Source of the DNA: Octopus bimaculoides
Lineage: Eukaryota
Assembly: GCF_001194135.2 (NCBI RefSeq)
Contig: NC_069005.1
Location: 3,878,690-3,942,689, forward strand
Direction of reading: 5' to 3'
Length of the DNA stretch: 64,000 nt
Shown one piece after another: positions 42,404-55,645 of the stretch. The stretch's first letter is position 1. The number at the start of each line of letters is the position of its first letter. A program made the position numbers and the translations under genes. Under the pieces are notes generated by a model. It was not told where the DNA came from. It ran no database searches and saw nothing but the letters and a program-made list of their open reading frames with translations.

Positions 42404-43274
42404 GAATGCATGTATACACCTACTCACATATATAGACACAACTATAAGTCTGAAAGTATCGTTAACGAGTTTATAATGTGTTGTTGCGATATTTGCTTTC
42501 GACACATTGCACACTGAGTAAAATTCACGCTCAAAGAATCAATCTTTCCTTTCATCCGCCTATCGATGATACAACAAACCACTTGCGAAATGCTGGTCTT
42601 CAAGAAATAAATCACCGTTTCTATCTACCAAATCTCTTCCAGTAATATAATACAGCAGAGAATCAGGAATGGATATCTAGTCATATTTGCGTCTTTAGCG
42701 CAGATGATATTACTAACACCATAGAACACATCACTCATGTATGAAACAATGACCCCCTAACCATTATATATGAAACGCATTGATATGCACCAATTCCAGA
42801 CAAATGTTATGCTGTAGAGTTTACTTAGAATTTGGTCGCTGTCCTCAACCAAAGTGAATGTTTAGCTGCAACTTCAAAATGAAGGTGAATGTTATATTAA
42901 TTATATCAACAGTCTACGTTAGATTTCATAACACTATTTCTGAAGATTTGATTGTAGTAATATTAACAGTAGTAAACTTATAATTAAATAACATGTAATA
43001 ATTCTGTGGCTGTGTCAGCGATAATTAATGAAGGTAACGCTTAAATTGAATGTTCACTTACGCTAACACATAAAAGTAATGTGCGTACATGTGTGTGTGT
43101 GTTTGTGTCACTGTATGCTTTAGAAATATTTAATTCATAGCCCAAGAGTTACATCAACGATTCATGTTTCAATAGATTACAGTATGGCATTTGTCAGTGT
43201 TATGTACCGTACATTCAACTCTCCCGGCACTGATGATGTTTACACCGATGATGAAGAATAGTATATATATATAC

Positions 43275-43650
43275 GGTGTTGGATTGCTTTCCAACCACAT
43301 TGTTCTGGGTCCAGTCCCATTGCGTGGCACCTTGGGTGAACGTTTTCTACTATAGGTTTGGGCCGACTAAAGCCTTGTCAGTGAATTTGGTAGACGGAAA
43401 CAGAAAGAAGCCCGTCGTATATAAAAAGAAAATATATATATGTGTATGTATTTGTGTGTGTGTTTGTACCCTCACCATTGCTTGACAACCGATGTTGGTG
43501 TGTTTCCGTCCCCGAAACTTAGCAATTCGGCAAAGAAATAGACGGAATAAGTACTAGGCTTACAAGGAATAAATCCTGAGGTGGAATTGTTCGACTAAAG
43601 ACGGTGCTCCACCATGGCCGCATTCAAATGACTGAAACAAATACAAGAAT
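43275..43650 (+). mobile_element. SINE family B, near-full-length reference copy
   Basis: Layout is tRNA-like head (CCAACCACATTGTTCTGGGTCCAGTCCCA), body, internal (TA)/(TG) tract, 3' domain ending CATGGCCGCATTCAAATGACTGAAACAA. At least 8 related copies occur in the window. Confidence 0.9.
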
Positions 43651-44994
43651 GCTCATAAATTGACTTTCATTCTCCTCTTTGAACCCACCATATAAACACA
43701 AACAAACATTATCTATCTATCTATCAATCCATCCATCCATCTACTCATAAATCTTAATACCTAAACATTTTTTTCTCGCTCTCCCGAAGTACCTTTGTTC
43801 TTAGGATGTCATCATTCTATTAGTGCTGATTTCGAAATCTGTTACAAATCTAACCTGTAATTATTAAATGTACGCTGTTCGGTGAAAATGCGAAGGCGTT
43901 ATCTTATTTTGCTTGCCCTAATATTTCATTACATCACCTTAATGTTTGTATGAATATAATATGACATTTCAATATGTTTGACGACAGATCTCCCCAATTC
44001 CACCCCAGCTTAATGAACAATATCACATTATTTTCTTTTCTGAAATATATAGTCTCCATAAATTTTGGTATGCATTTCTTGTTTCTCTCAAAATTCCATC
44101 CTGAATATGTACATTTCACGTCACAAAGTTGCAGTGTTTATGTGACAAATACACGAAAAATAAACCTCAAAAAGCAACCAGGCAAACACAGTCTAGCCTT
44201 AAAGATTACTTTGGTAATACGCAAATAAACTTGATTCCCAGATCAATAAGAAACAACACTCTCAGCTTTTAGTTTGAGTTCATACAAAACAAGTTTCTAC
44301 TCTCACATATTTTCCCCATCGTACTTTTTTTCTTCTAATGCTACTTATATAACAGAAACTTGCTAGTCTAAACTTGATCCCTAGCGAAACGGATATTAGC
44401 TTTTAATACTGTCAAAAGAGTTAGTGCGTGCTTGTTTACATAAAAAAAATAACTACACGTAGACACTCCCGATTAATTCCAACACACACGGTTTTTTATA
44501 ATGTAACAGATAACGGGACATAAATAGAAGAAATTAATATCAAATATTTTTTTGTACTTTTCTTCGTTCGTTATAGGTATGTATATTTCTATTTGCCTAC
44601 AATATTCCCCTGGTGTACTTAACACGTATAAAACCTTATCTTCTTATATATTATTAAAGTCACACACAAACGAAAACCAATTTCTGGTGAGTAATTATTT
44701 GACTTTTTGCATAGTTAATGTATTTATGAGCGTCCAGGGAGTAGAATCAAGTTCGTCTCAGTGTGTGTGTGTGTGTGTGTGAAGTATGTGTATTCGTGTG
44801 TGTGTGTGTGTGTGCACGGTCTACGTGGTTTGTAAGGAGGGACATATTAATGTTATGTTGGTGTTCGTTAAAATATTTATATTTGCGTCTGAATGAGTGT
44901 GTGTATATGTGTGTGTGTGCAGAAGTGCAGTTGATGTTCTTTCAGTTGTTTGGTAGGGGAATATATATATATATATATACACACATATATATAT

Positions 44995-45025
<31 letters not shown>

Positions 45026-45328
45026 CATATATATTTACATATAGATGTAGTCCCCTACTGAATATATATTTGTATGTAAGTATACACAAACGCACGTCTG
45101 TGTGTGTGCTCGTGTGTAAATGTTATATAATTAGGTAAAAGAGTTTCTGTGTATGTGTTGACGTGAGTGAATGGGTGTATATATGTAAGCGTGACTCGAA
45201 TTATTTTGCTTGACTGAATGTTTTTATGCATATATTTTTATGACCTCTACTTATATTCATAAATATACATCCAAATACACAAAAAGTTAACAGTATACCT
45301 ACATTCATTCATACTTGGAAAATATATT

Positions 45329-45387
<59 letters not shown>

Positions 45388-46054
45388 GTATGTATGTGTG
45401 TGTGTGTGCGTGTGTGTGTGTGTGTGTGTATGTATGTATATATTTTGTATATGTATATATATAAATGTTTGTGTGTGTGTGTGTATATATATATATATAG
45501 AACCACACATACACATATACAACCTACTGATGCCTACCTACCTATTTACATTTATACATTGGCAGACAGACATTAAGACAGACATTCATACTGACAAGCA
45601 GACATTCCTACATAAATTCTCCTGAGATCTGGTAATCAATAATATTGGTTTGCTAAAATCTCATGATTGCAATGTAAATCTATCGATTTAATTAACTTGA
45701 CACATCTTCGTTTACGAGTTTTCCCTCACGTTCCCAAAACCTTTCAGATTGTAAAATATCAAGAAATCCACCACGAACTAAGAATTTTATTTCTCTTAGT
45801 CTAGAGGAAAAGCAAAAGAGACCGGTCGGAAAGGGACAGAAATATGTTTGACAGGGAGCTGGCCCGAACATTTTAAAGAAAAGAGGCTCTATTAAACTCA
45901 CCCGCGGTGTTAGGAGGTTAAGGTTACAAGTAACGTGACAGAAAATGCTTACCTTGAAAGTCGGCAACGCGAAATTTGAATTTAGAAAGTAAAGAACTAT
46001 AACAAATATTCTAAGCATCCAGCTGGAAATTCTCACAGTTCTGCTAATCTGTAT

Positions 46055-46200
46055 GTATCCGTAGCTTTTATCGACACCAGAAGGATTAAGGGCAAAGTTG
46101 AGGTTGGGTGAGATTTGAAACCATGACATATAGAATTGGTCTAAATAACGTAAATGTCATTCTAGCCAATGCTCTAACATTTCTACCAATTCATAGTTTA
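46055..46200 (-). mobile_element. SINE family A, diverged
   Basis: TTTTATCGACACCAGAAGGATTAAGGGCAAAGTTGAGG..GATTTGAAACC is the reverse complement of the family A core. Confidence 0.6.
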
Positions 46201-47126
46201 TCGATACGTAGTGGGACAACGACAACGCTTATAAATTGTCCTCCACCTTCCAGTAAAAAAGCATGAAATATTCCTGAATCTTCATTCCACAGCTTACAAA
46301 TCTGGGGATTTTTCGATAATGTCGTCGTAATTTTTAAAGGACTTCAAAGATTTATTTTTTGAAGTATTATAGAATTAAATATCGTAGTAAGGGAAGCAAT
46401 TAGAGCGTAAGATAATATTTCTTGGGATATTCATCTCGTCTGATAGCCCTCCTCTGAGATCGAGTAATGTTAATACGAATTTTAGCTTTCATAATTTGGG
46501 GGCAATCGAATTATGTTCCACTATAGTACTAGAGTTAAACATTCATCGTTCTATTCTTTATATCAATCCTTTTCTTCTGCTCTCTCCATCTCTAATTCTC
46601 GGAATGTAACTATAATTCAAATTGCCCAATCTTGTCACATATTACGCTTAGACGTTAATTTCCCCAATTAAAACACAGTTGGTCGAATAACTGACTGCTA
46701 TTTGGCGTGAATATCCAATGGAGAAGAACATTTTTCGAATCAGTCCTTTACAACACGTTCTTCTCCTTGAAACGAAGACGTTCACACGAAATCATTGAAA
46801 TTTATTTCCATAATAGATAAGAACATACAAATAGATTCTTACTGGAATATCTATTGTCAAGACATTAAAAATCGTTGGTTATAATTTTGCGTTGTTGTTT
46901 TGGTACAGCTATTTAGTGACCTATGTCTCACAAGCACAGTTTTGTGACTGCGTTTTACAATGTATTTTACAAAGGAAAAGCTGGCATAAGGAAGAATAAG
47001 TACGACAGTTGCAGTTCCGTCAACACAAAATTACGCGTAACTTGACAAAGAAAATAAACCAACTAAACGTAATTAGCTAACTGTTATACCGAGCAAATGT
47101 TTTGCTCAATAGTATTCAGTATGTAA

Positions 47127-47342
47127 GGGGGTGAGCTGGCAGAAACGTTAGCACACCGGGCGAAATGCTTAGCGGTATTTCGTCTGCCGTTACGTTCTGA
47201 GTTCAAATTCCGCCGAGGTCGACTTTGCCTTTCATCTTTTCGGAGTCGATAAATTAAGTATCCTTTGCATACTGGGGTCGATGTAATCGACTGGATCCCT
47301 CCCGAAAAATTTCGTGCCTTGTGCCTAGAGTAGAAAAGAATA
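47127..47342 (+). mobile_element. tRNA-derived SINE family A, well-preserved full-length copy
   Basis: A-box-like TGGCAGAAACGTTAG, B-box GAGTTCAAATTCC, body GTCGACTTTGCCTTTCATC..GGGGTCGAT, end GCCTTGTGCCTAGAGTAGAAAAGAAT. Confidence 0.9.
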
Positions 47343-48619
47343 GTATTCAGTATGTGATTTGATTTTTTTCATCACACATCAAAAGGGCTAAACTAATGTT
47401 GAAAGTCATTCCATTCCACACTGCTTCGAATCATTCTGTCTTTCTGCCCAACATACAACTGCCCCTTAATAGCTGCCTATTCTGTCAAAGCCTCAAACTC
47501 CGTTAGATAATTAAAAATATTTGATATACTTTTAGTTTTAGAGGTCTCTTGCGCGTAGTTAATTCTAAATAAACATTGATGTGTAAGCACGGTCTAACCG
47601 GCTGAATGCAGTAGACATAATATAGAGGAGGACTTAAATATTTCACTTCACATCAACATTTATCTGGGAAATTTCAACCCGAATATAGCATCGGTTTGTG
47701 TTATTATAATTAGGGTCTTCCAAAATGGCACAAGTAACTTGATAATCATATAATTTTTATATTGACGCATAGCATTGACAGGTTGTTATAAAAACAATAT
47801 AACGCTTTGCACGCCTTGATGAATTTCCTGTCAGATGTTCTCTTCATGGTGCAAGCATTACATTCTAATCTGTAGATAAATATGCTTATTTCTTGAGAAT
47901 TCTAGGCGGTACATACTACTCATCTAAGTCATCCTAGCTGTGGCCATCACTTCCGTTCTAAGACTAAACATGCCGAGAGTTTACATTATTCAAGGTGTCC
48001 AAATGAAATTAAAATCTTTTTGATGTGAAAAAGATTTAGCCGCTATTTTTAGCGGGTCACGATTAGAAATGTAGCTACTTCCTCCTTTACTGTTTGCGAT
48101 ATGATTAGAAACGAGGGAAAACATGGAAGGAACTCGAGTGTAACAGGAAAACTGCACTTCCATATTAAATATTTGAATTGCGTTGACTTTGCATTTTTGT
48201 CAATGATCGTTCGATTAAATTAGTTTGCAGGCTGCACTGGAATCGATTTAATCAATTTTACCGATCCCAGTTACAAAATTGCCGATTTCTACTAATTTAA
48301 GACATCATAATGTGCAAACTTGTAAAAATAGTAGAAATAATCTCCTGACTGACTAACATAGCGAAACGAATTCCAATAACAATCGACTGTATAATTTCTT
48401 CTTCAAATGTTTTGACCTTTCGCTAATGTGAGAAAATCTATAATAAAAGGCGGAAAGGTGAGCAACGTATGACAAGAGTCAGTATTATTAATATCATTCA
48501 GAGGTCGGGCTGGTGATATACGTACCAGTCAAGCATTGGTTTCAATTTAATAGATTTCACCCTTGCTCAAAATTAATTGCCTTTGGAGAATTTTAAAAAC
48601 TACTCTTATATTTCCGAAT

Positions 48620-48750
48620 AGTTAATTGGTATAATCGTTGGAGCGTTAATCAATATGCCTGGCGGTATTTATTAGAACCAGTACATTCGGAGTACAAATT
48701 CCATCGGGTTCCACATTGCCTATTATTCTTCCGCGGGTCGATGGGGGATG
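48620..48750 (+). mobile_element. SINE family A, highly diverged
   Basis: ATGCCTGGCGGTATTT..GAGTACAAATTCC..TTGCCT..GGGTCGAT in the same order as 47127-47342. Confidence 0.5.
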
Positions 48751-51119
48751 ATTGAATAAATCCTCTTACGTAAGCCTTATGGCTTTCTACGTCTATATAT
48801 TGGCGGTGTCGTTACATTGAAGGAACGGGATGGGTAGAGGTTGATAAGGTCAATTACCAGTGAAATGTCTTGAGATGCAGTCATATATCTCCTCACCACT
48901 TCATATGAAGTTGCATGGATATGTTAGAAATAAGCATATCAGCGAAATGGAACCTGTACAGTGCTGTGCAAACACTATTCTCATTATTGGTTACGTGCTT
49001 TTAAATTATGATTGCAAATATCGATGTAGGTAATAATTTTGCTTTTACAACGTGGTCGGCAGAAACGTCATGGAATTTTGAGGTGGCTTTAATCGACTGC
49101 ACCTGAGCAATATTTTCGGTTGGTGTCATTTTATAAAATTCTCATGGAAGGTGACTAAAGGCAGAGAATTTAAAGGATCGGGACGGGAGTTAACTATCCA
49201 CATTGACGGATTGAAGGCATTATCAACTTTGCATTTATTTCCATCTAACGTAAAATAGTGAGCATTTTCGATGCGATGCACTTTTTTCCAAACCTGTACA
49301 GTTTTGTACCTAAGTAAATGAAAATTATAATTTACTTTCCATCCTTCCTGTGTGAAAACCGAAACTAAGCGGTCACCTCCTGCAGTTGGTATAATTGATT
49401 ATACTCTAAATGAATATGTATTGATTGAATTTAACTTACATCTCTGCGGGTTCGTAAAATTAAAGAACCAAACATTTCGTTGTGTCTATGTAATTGACCA
49501 CGTATTTCCTTTCACGTAGGTCACTGCAAGCTTTAATTAGGAACCGACGTCATCATGATGATGGGCGATTACATACAAGACTATATCATGAACCAAGGCG
49601 ATGCAAGATACACTTTGATTTCCTTCGAACGGGGTTCGGACAGTATTCTAGAGTCATAAACTGAAGTACTTCAGTTTACTATCACGATACCTCTCTAATT
49701 ATCCAGACATTTTCGAATCATAGAAAATCGTTCTTCATCATTGTAATACAAAGTTAACATACGCACTCTGATGAAAAACGATTTAAATTGTTTCAAATCC
49801 TTGATATTTTCAACCCTCGTACAAAATTTGTTGAATCCATAGGAGGATTGATACATATTGCTGTGATGGATATGGTATTTTAAGATACCGACTTAAAAGT
49901 TCAACTCCAATTCACTGCATACATCTTGTTTTATATCTGTCTACGGTACAAATTCATTTCTGATGTAAGAAACTAACACGAATAAAAGCGAGACACATTT
50001 GTAAGTTTGTATATAATTGGCATGAAGTTTTAAAATATCGTAATTTTCTTTCTCTCCTGTACACTCTTGACACTTGAATTATTCATTGGTATTTAGTTAA
50101 AGGTTTTATATTATATTTTCTCACATCTAGATTAAATCTATTCATGTCCTCACATAACTTGAGAAGCATTTCATGCGATGTTCACATGCCTTTCATGCCT
50201 TGTCAAAAAAAGCTTAGCCTGATGGATATAATGTGCTGTTGAATAGCAATTTAAACCATGTAATTAAAACTTCGATTAGTAAAAGAATCCACAATGGGTA
50301 TCAGCAAGAGGATTGATTACGCAAATGTCTAATTAATTTTCAACATAATTAAAACCGCGGAGATTTGCAAATGTTAAACTCTTATACAGAGAGCTGACAT
50401 TCACATCTGTTGAGGCCACTTGTAATTGGACAGAATTTAGCTCGTGGAGATCACTAACAGGATTCATGGCAATTGTCCGGGATTATTAACAACAATTGAT
50501 CGTGCAAATATTCGCAGTTATTAAAGTCAGTTGTGTATTAACTTTTGTAACAACAACTATACGATATAGAATCCATCAACTGTCAAGGAAACTTCTAATT
50601 AAAATCATGCTCATCTTCATTGAGGAAGGCAGGACATTGCGAAAGATGCTGGAGAATCAGAAAGAATAAGGGCTTTTTTTTTTTCCTCGTCACGAGATCA
50701 AATCACACGGAGATCGGTAACGGTTCTCATGCTTCCGTACGTGGTAAATAATAAAGTTATGCAGGAAATAAAGGAAAGCTTTTCTTTCCCTCTTTTTCTC
50801 TCTCTGTCTTCTACATTTTTTGAGAGAAAGCTTGCGAGCAATGCCTTTTTTTTTAATCTTTCTCGCGAAAAGGTTAAAAGGTGAGAATATTGCGTTGAAG
50901 GGAAAAAGACTAAAAAGAAGGGAAACATAATTACTTGACATGCAATAAGTCGAACAATAATAATCTTCATCGACCTTCCTTGAAGTTGCTGTCTAGCTGT
51001 AGGTCAAACTTAAGGGAACGGTCATATATTAAGGCTCTCCACTGATGACCAACTCAACTCTTCATTTTATATCAAAGATGTGTCATAGCTTTCGTGAGTA
51101 CGATTCTGAAAGAGATTAT

Positions 51120-51340
51120 TCGTTTCTTCTTTCATTTGTGTCAGTCATTTGACTGCGGTCATGCTGGAGCACCACCCCAGGACATTTTTGTAAGCCTATA
51201 GTACTTATTATATCGGTCTTTTTGCCGAACCGATAAGTTAGAGGGACGCAAACACACCGACGCTGGTTGTGAAGCGATGGTGGAGGGACAAGAACAGACA
51301 CACAAACACACATACACAAACACATGCATATATGTATAGT
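51120..51340 (-). mobile_element. SINE family B, 3' half
   Basis: CAGTCATTTGACTGCGGTCATGCTGGAGCACC..GTACTTATT..TTTGCCGAACC..GGTTGTGAAGCGATGGTGG..ACAGACAC. Confidence 0.85.
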
Positions 51341-51359
51341 TGGAATTTACAAAAAGACA

Positions 51360-51990
51360 CACACCATCAGCCACCAAGGGATGTGCTAAACCGGTTAAGG
51401 TCATGCAACTGACAAGCAAATTTGTGGTTTAAGCAAAACATTTGCTTTAGCCCATCTTTATTATTATTTTTATTATTAATAATAATACCGAGTGAGAGTG
51501 CAGTGCATAACATCAAAGTTACACTGGGATACGATATACCCGTTATACCCATTATGACTACACGTCTGATAAGGTTACACCGGCACATGCATCACAACCA
51601 TTCGTGCACGACATTGTGATCTCATATCAAGATTAACACTGCATGACCTTTCAGGTGGGGCCCAGTTAGAATGTTCTTCAGGTCGAGTAGCTCATCCCGC
51701 TTAAAAGGCCCCTGAATAATGGTTGTTTAGGGATGTTGGACGAAACACCCAGGTTTCCAAATGTGAATTATTCAAACTCCAAAGAATTCCTCTCAACACA
51801 TGGCTACGATGCTCCCCGACTACTTCTGCTCGCGCGCAGATATGCACATACGTCAGTCAACAAGGGACATGCTCAACTTGTTACGGTCAAACAGCTGACA
51901 AGCAAATCTGTGGTATTGAGCAGAATATTTGCTATATTTGCCCATCTTTCATTATTATTATCATTATTAGTATTATTGTTATCATTACTT
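51360..51990 (-). mobile_element. Unclassified interspersed repeat (family E): a ~460-bp unit at 51488-51949 and a ~100-bp terminal duplicate at 51360-51459, separated and flanked by (AAT/ATT)n
   Basis: 51365-51459 aligns directly to 51851-51949 (CTGACAAGCAAAT.TGTGGT..GCCCATCTTT). Orientation is inferred from treating (AAT)n as a tail. Confidence 0.6.
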
Positions 51991-52489
51991 GTATTAGTAG
52001 ACGTAATTGTAATATTTTCTGTGGCAGCAGTAGTGATAGTAAAATTAATAATTTAAGAACAGGTATCATCGAAAATAGCAGCAACAAGATTACTCTGTAA
52101 CACTATGTTATTACTAACCAAAATGCAGTTTCTTCCAGCAGCTTTACCAAATTTTTCTAATTTCCTATTCTGCAAAGATATAAACGTGTACGTCTCGAAA
52201 ACTAATTCCAATTCTCTTTAGATTAATCAAATCATCCATCAAGAAACGAGCGGTTTTGCTTTGAGATTTAATTATTTAACAGAAAGTGTTATGTACTTGG
52301 GTGTCAACTGGGTGCTGTCAGGAATATTTCGACGCGTTTCTACTATTTTGGCAACTAGGTATTAGCGTTTAGTGTGAGGCTTGAGACATATATTTTTATT
52401 TCATTGTATTTTTATACTATTTCTTTGTTTTAACACTATTTTGCTAATAGTTTAGAGCTTTCAATTACATTAACGTTCTCTCTCTATCT

Positions 52490-52805
52490 TTCACATTCAG
52501 TGGTTAGAGCGTCGGGGTTATAATATAGAGGTTGTAAGTTCGGTCACCGGACCGGGCTGTGCATTCTGTTCTCGAGCAAGACAATTCCACGTTGTTAAGA
52601 AGAAATTATCGTGACGTCACTGGCGCCAATCTATATCATTAGCCTTTGCCTTTCCCTTGAACAGCAAAGGTAGCAGCGAGAGGGGAGCCTGGTACGTATG
52701 CGTTACTGGTGGTCTCCCACAAACAACCTACCCGACCTTGGACTACGGACGGTAGCGTCCTTGGTGCAATCCCAGGTTCATTCGTGATTAAAGGTTGTCT
52801 ATGTA
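52490..52805 (+). mobile_element. tRNA-derived SINE (family F), diverged
   Basis: CAGTGGTTAGAGCG (A-box-like), GTAAGTTCGGTCACC (B-box-like), TTCTCGAGCAAGACA, then a GC-richer body. Confidence 0.6.
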
Positions 52806-53074
52806 TCAGGCACATGCTGTCCGTAATCACTCAGGGTAGGCAGTTGGTGACATTTATATAGTAAAACACAAAAAATAAGCGAAAGAAAGGCGCGTGATTG
52901 AGTTGAAAACAGATTTACCTGTGCCTCTATAACACGTAAAGAAAACGGCGTTGTAGGAGTGCACACAGCACGTGCACTACAGCAATACTATGCGTAGCTT
53001 AAATTCTGAGATTGAAAGGCAGGGGCGAAGAATGCCTTCCTAATCTACACACGCAAACACACACACACATATAC

Positions 53075-53117
<43 letters not shown>

Positions 53118-54596
53118 ACTCAATTTGAGGATGTTAGATCCACATTAGGGATTATATAACCCAAGTAAATTCCACTGGTTAATCACTACCATNNNNNNNN
53201 NNNNNNNNNNNNNNNNNNNNNNNNNNNNNNNNNNNNNNNNNNNNNNNNNNNNNNNNNNNNNNNNNNNNNNNNNNNNNNNNNNNNNNNNNNNNNNNNNNNN
53301 NNNNNNNNNNNNNNNNNNNNNNNNNNNNNNNNNNNNNNNNNNNNNNNNNNNNNNNNNNNNNNNNNNNNNNNNNNNNNNNNNNNNNNNNNNNNNNNNNNNN
53401 NNNNNNNNNNNNNNNNNNNNNNNNNNNNNNNNNNNNNNNNNNNNNNNNNNNNNNNNNNNNNNNNNNNNNNNNNNNNNNNNNNNNNNNNNNNNNNNNNNNN
53501 NNNNNNNNNNNNNNNNNNNNNNTTTTTATGTCTCGAGCCTACACCCTTTAACAGAAAGGAGCACGCAGAAATAAACAAAAAGAAAAAGAAAAAAAAAACC
53601 TGTGGATTTAGCGATCAAACATGGTGACATATATATATATATATTACACATATGCACGCGCACACACACATATTTATTTATTCAACTGGTACTGTCTCGA
53701 GGCAAGCAGAAAATAATCGTCTCGATATTTGTGTTTAGATCTCATTCAATATATTAATATTCCAACTGTTTATGCTACAACTTTGTATGTGCGACTCATT
53801 AAAATAAATCAAATCTGAAGTGATTTAAATTTTGAATAACGTCCGCTTTGTAAACAATCTCTCAGAATTCTGTGCAGGTGGATCGGAAACAAAATGAAAA
53901 CTGATGAAGCGAACGACTTAACCATATAACAATGTCTGGCCCTATGTACATGAAATTGTGATACAAACAGCAAATAATGTAATAGAGTACACAGCTTCAA
54001 TNNNNNNNNNNNNNNNNNNNNNNNNNNNNNNNNNNNNNNNNNNNNNNNNNNNNNNNNNNNNNNNNNNNNNNNNNNNNNNNNNNNNNNNNNNNNNNNNNNN
54101 NCAGCTGCCATATTTCAAAGTATAATAGTCTACAAGATTGAATATCATCTTATTTGTGAATTCACAATGAACGTTGGTGTTTTGTTATAATTCTGGTTAT
54201 GATACGTTGTGGCTTAGTTTATCTGGATGTCCCGATCTTCTGGCAATGTTAGGCATTTCCTTTGCATTTGTACCGATATTATTCAGAATTGTTAACTGTC
54301 TGATAAAATGTTACACTCGATATTAAAGTTGAAATTAGTGGAAATAGATTTAACGTAAGAAACAGCAAAGCGGTATCAAGAATAATTGAAACGGTGAGTA
54401 AAAATATACATGTTTATATACACTTCCGGTATTTATCAGTAAAGAACATTCTATATAATACATTATGCTTGAATTTATAGCCGTTTATGCTGAGCCGTGA
54501 ACATAGTTTCAACAAACCAAAGAAGGAAGTGATGTGGTGAACAAAAAAGGATAGGAACGATCAGGGTTAGGGTGTTTGATGCCGAACATTGAATAA

Positions 54597-54884
54597 GACG
54601 AAGAAGGAGACGACGAAGAAGAAGAAGAGGAAGAAGAACAAGAAGACGATGACGACGACGATGAAGAAGACGACGATGAAAGCGAAGAAGACGATGAAGA
54701 AGACGATGAAGAAGACGACGATGAAGGCGAAGAAGACGATGAAGAAGACGCAGAAGACGATGAAGGAGAAGAAGAAGACGAAGAAATAGAAGACGATGAA
54801 GAAGAAGACCACAGCGAAAAAGAAGATGACGAAAAGGAAGAGATATCGATGACAGGGAACAGAAGACGAAGAAAAATAAGATGA
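54597..54884 (+). repeat. Degenerate (GAA/GAC/GAT)n trinucleotide tract forming a stop-free, ATG-less poly-Asp/Glu frame
   Basis: 95 codons, DEEGDDEEEE...EDDEKEEISMTGNRRRRKIR*, preceded by an in-frame TAA at 54594-54596. Confidence 0.85.
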
Positions 54885-55354
54885 GGGAATAAATGTTAAA
54901 AATGTCTGAAGGTGAAAGAGATATGTAAGTAGAGAGAGATAGAGAGAGAGAGACAGTGGCAGAAAAGGGAAAGAAAGAGAGAGACAGGAAGAATAAGATA
55001 GAGTAAAGTACCATAAGCACGCACAACTACAAACGTAATATCGAAAGATGGAGTAGATTTGTTTTTCAATGTGGTTAGTCCCTAGATGTGGAGATGAAGA
55101 GGTGTTAAAGAATGATGCATGGATTATTTAGTGAAACAACGTCTATTATATAAATACTTATTTAACTGGTGTGTCTTAGAGCAAGTAGATTTCTTCTCCT
55201 AGATATCAAAAACTGGTTTACTTTTCTTTAATAATTTTCTGATTTTATAATCAGCGATTGCAATAGATATTATGTACGAAAAAGACAGAGGACGAAATGG
55301 TATTAAGCAACTTTCGTCAAATGCATAGGGATGAATGAATAGATGGACCAACTT

Positions 55355-55645
55355 AGCAGTTTGTTTGCGTCATTAGACAGCAGATATATAAGGGCAACGC
55401 TTTAAAGAATTTTAGTCAGCCTGGTACTCACTCTATCGGTGTCATTTTAATTGAACGCTAATATACACCTAAGCACAACACCGGTTGTCAATCGCTGGTG
55501 GGTGACAGACACAGACACGCTAACACATATACACACAAGTGAGAGCCCACATTTTCCGTCTACCAAATCCAGATGCCACGCAGTGGGACTCCACCCGGAA
55601 GCATGAGGTTGGGAAGCAAATTTCTTAGCACTCAGCCACGCCTGC
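55355..55645 (-). mobile_element. SINE family B copy with internal deletions
   Basis: ACACCGGTTGTCAA, TTTTCCGTCTACCAAATCC, TGCCACGCAGTGGGACT..CCCGGAAGCATGAGGTTGGGAAGCAAA, CAGCCACGCCTGC. Confidence 0.85.

Noticed and set aside
54562-54573. TCAGGGTTAGGG telomere-like motif
   Set aside because: Only two units.
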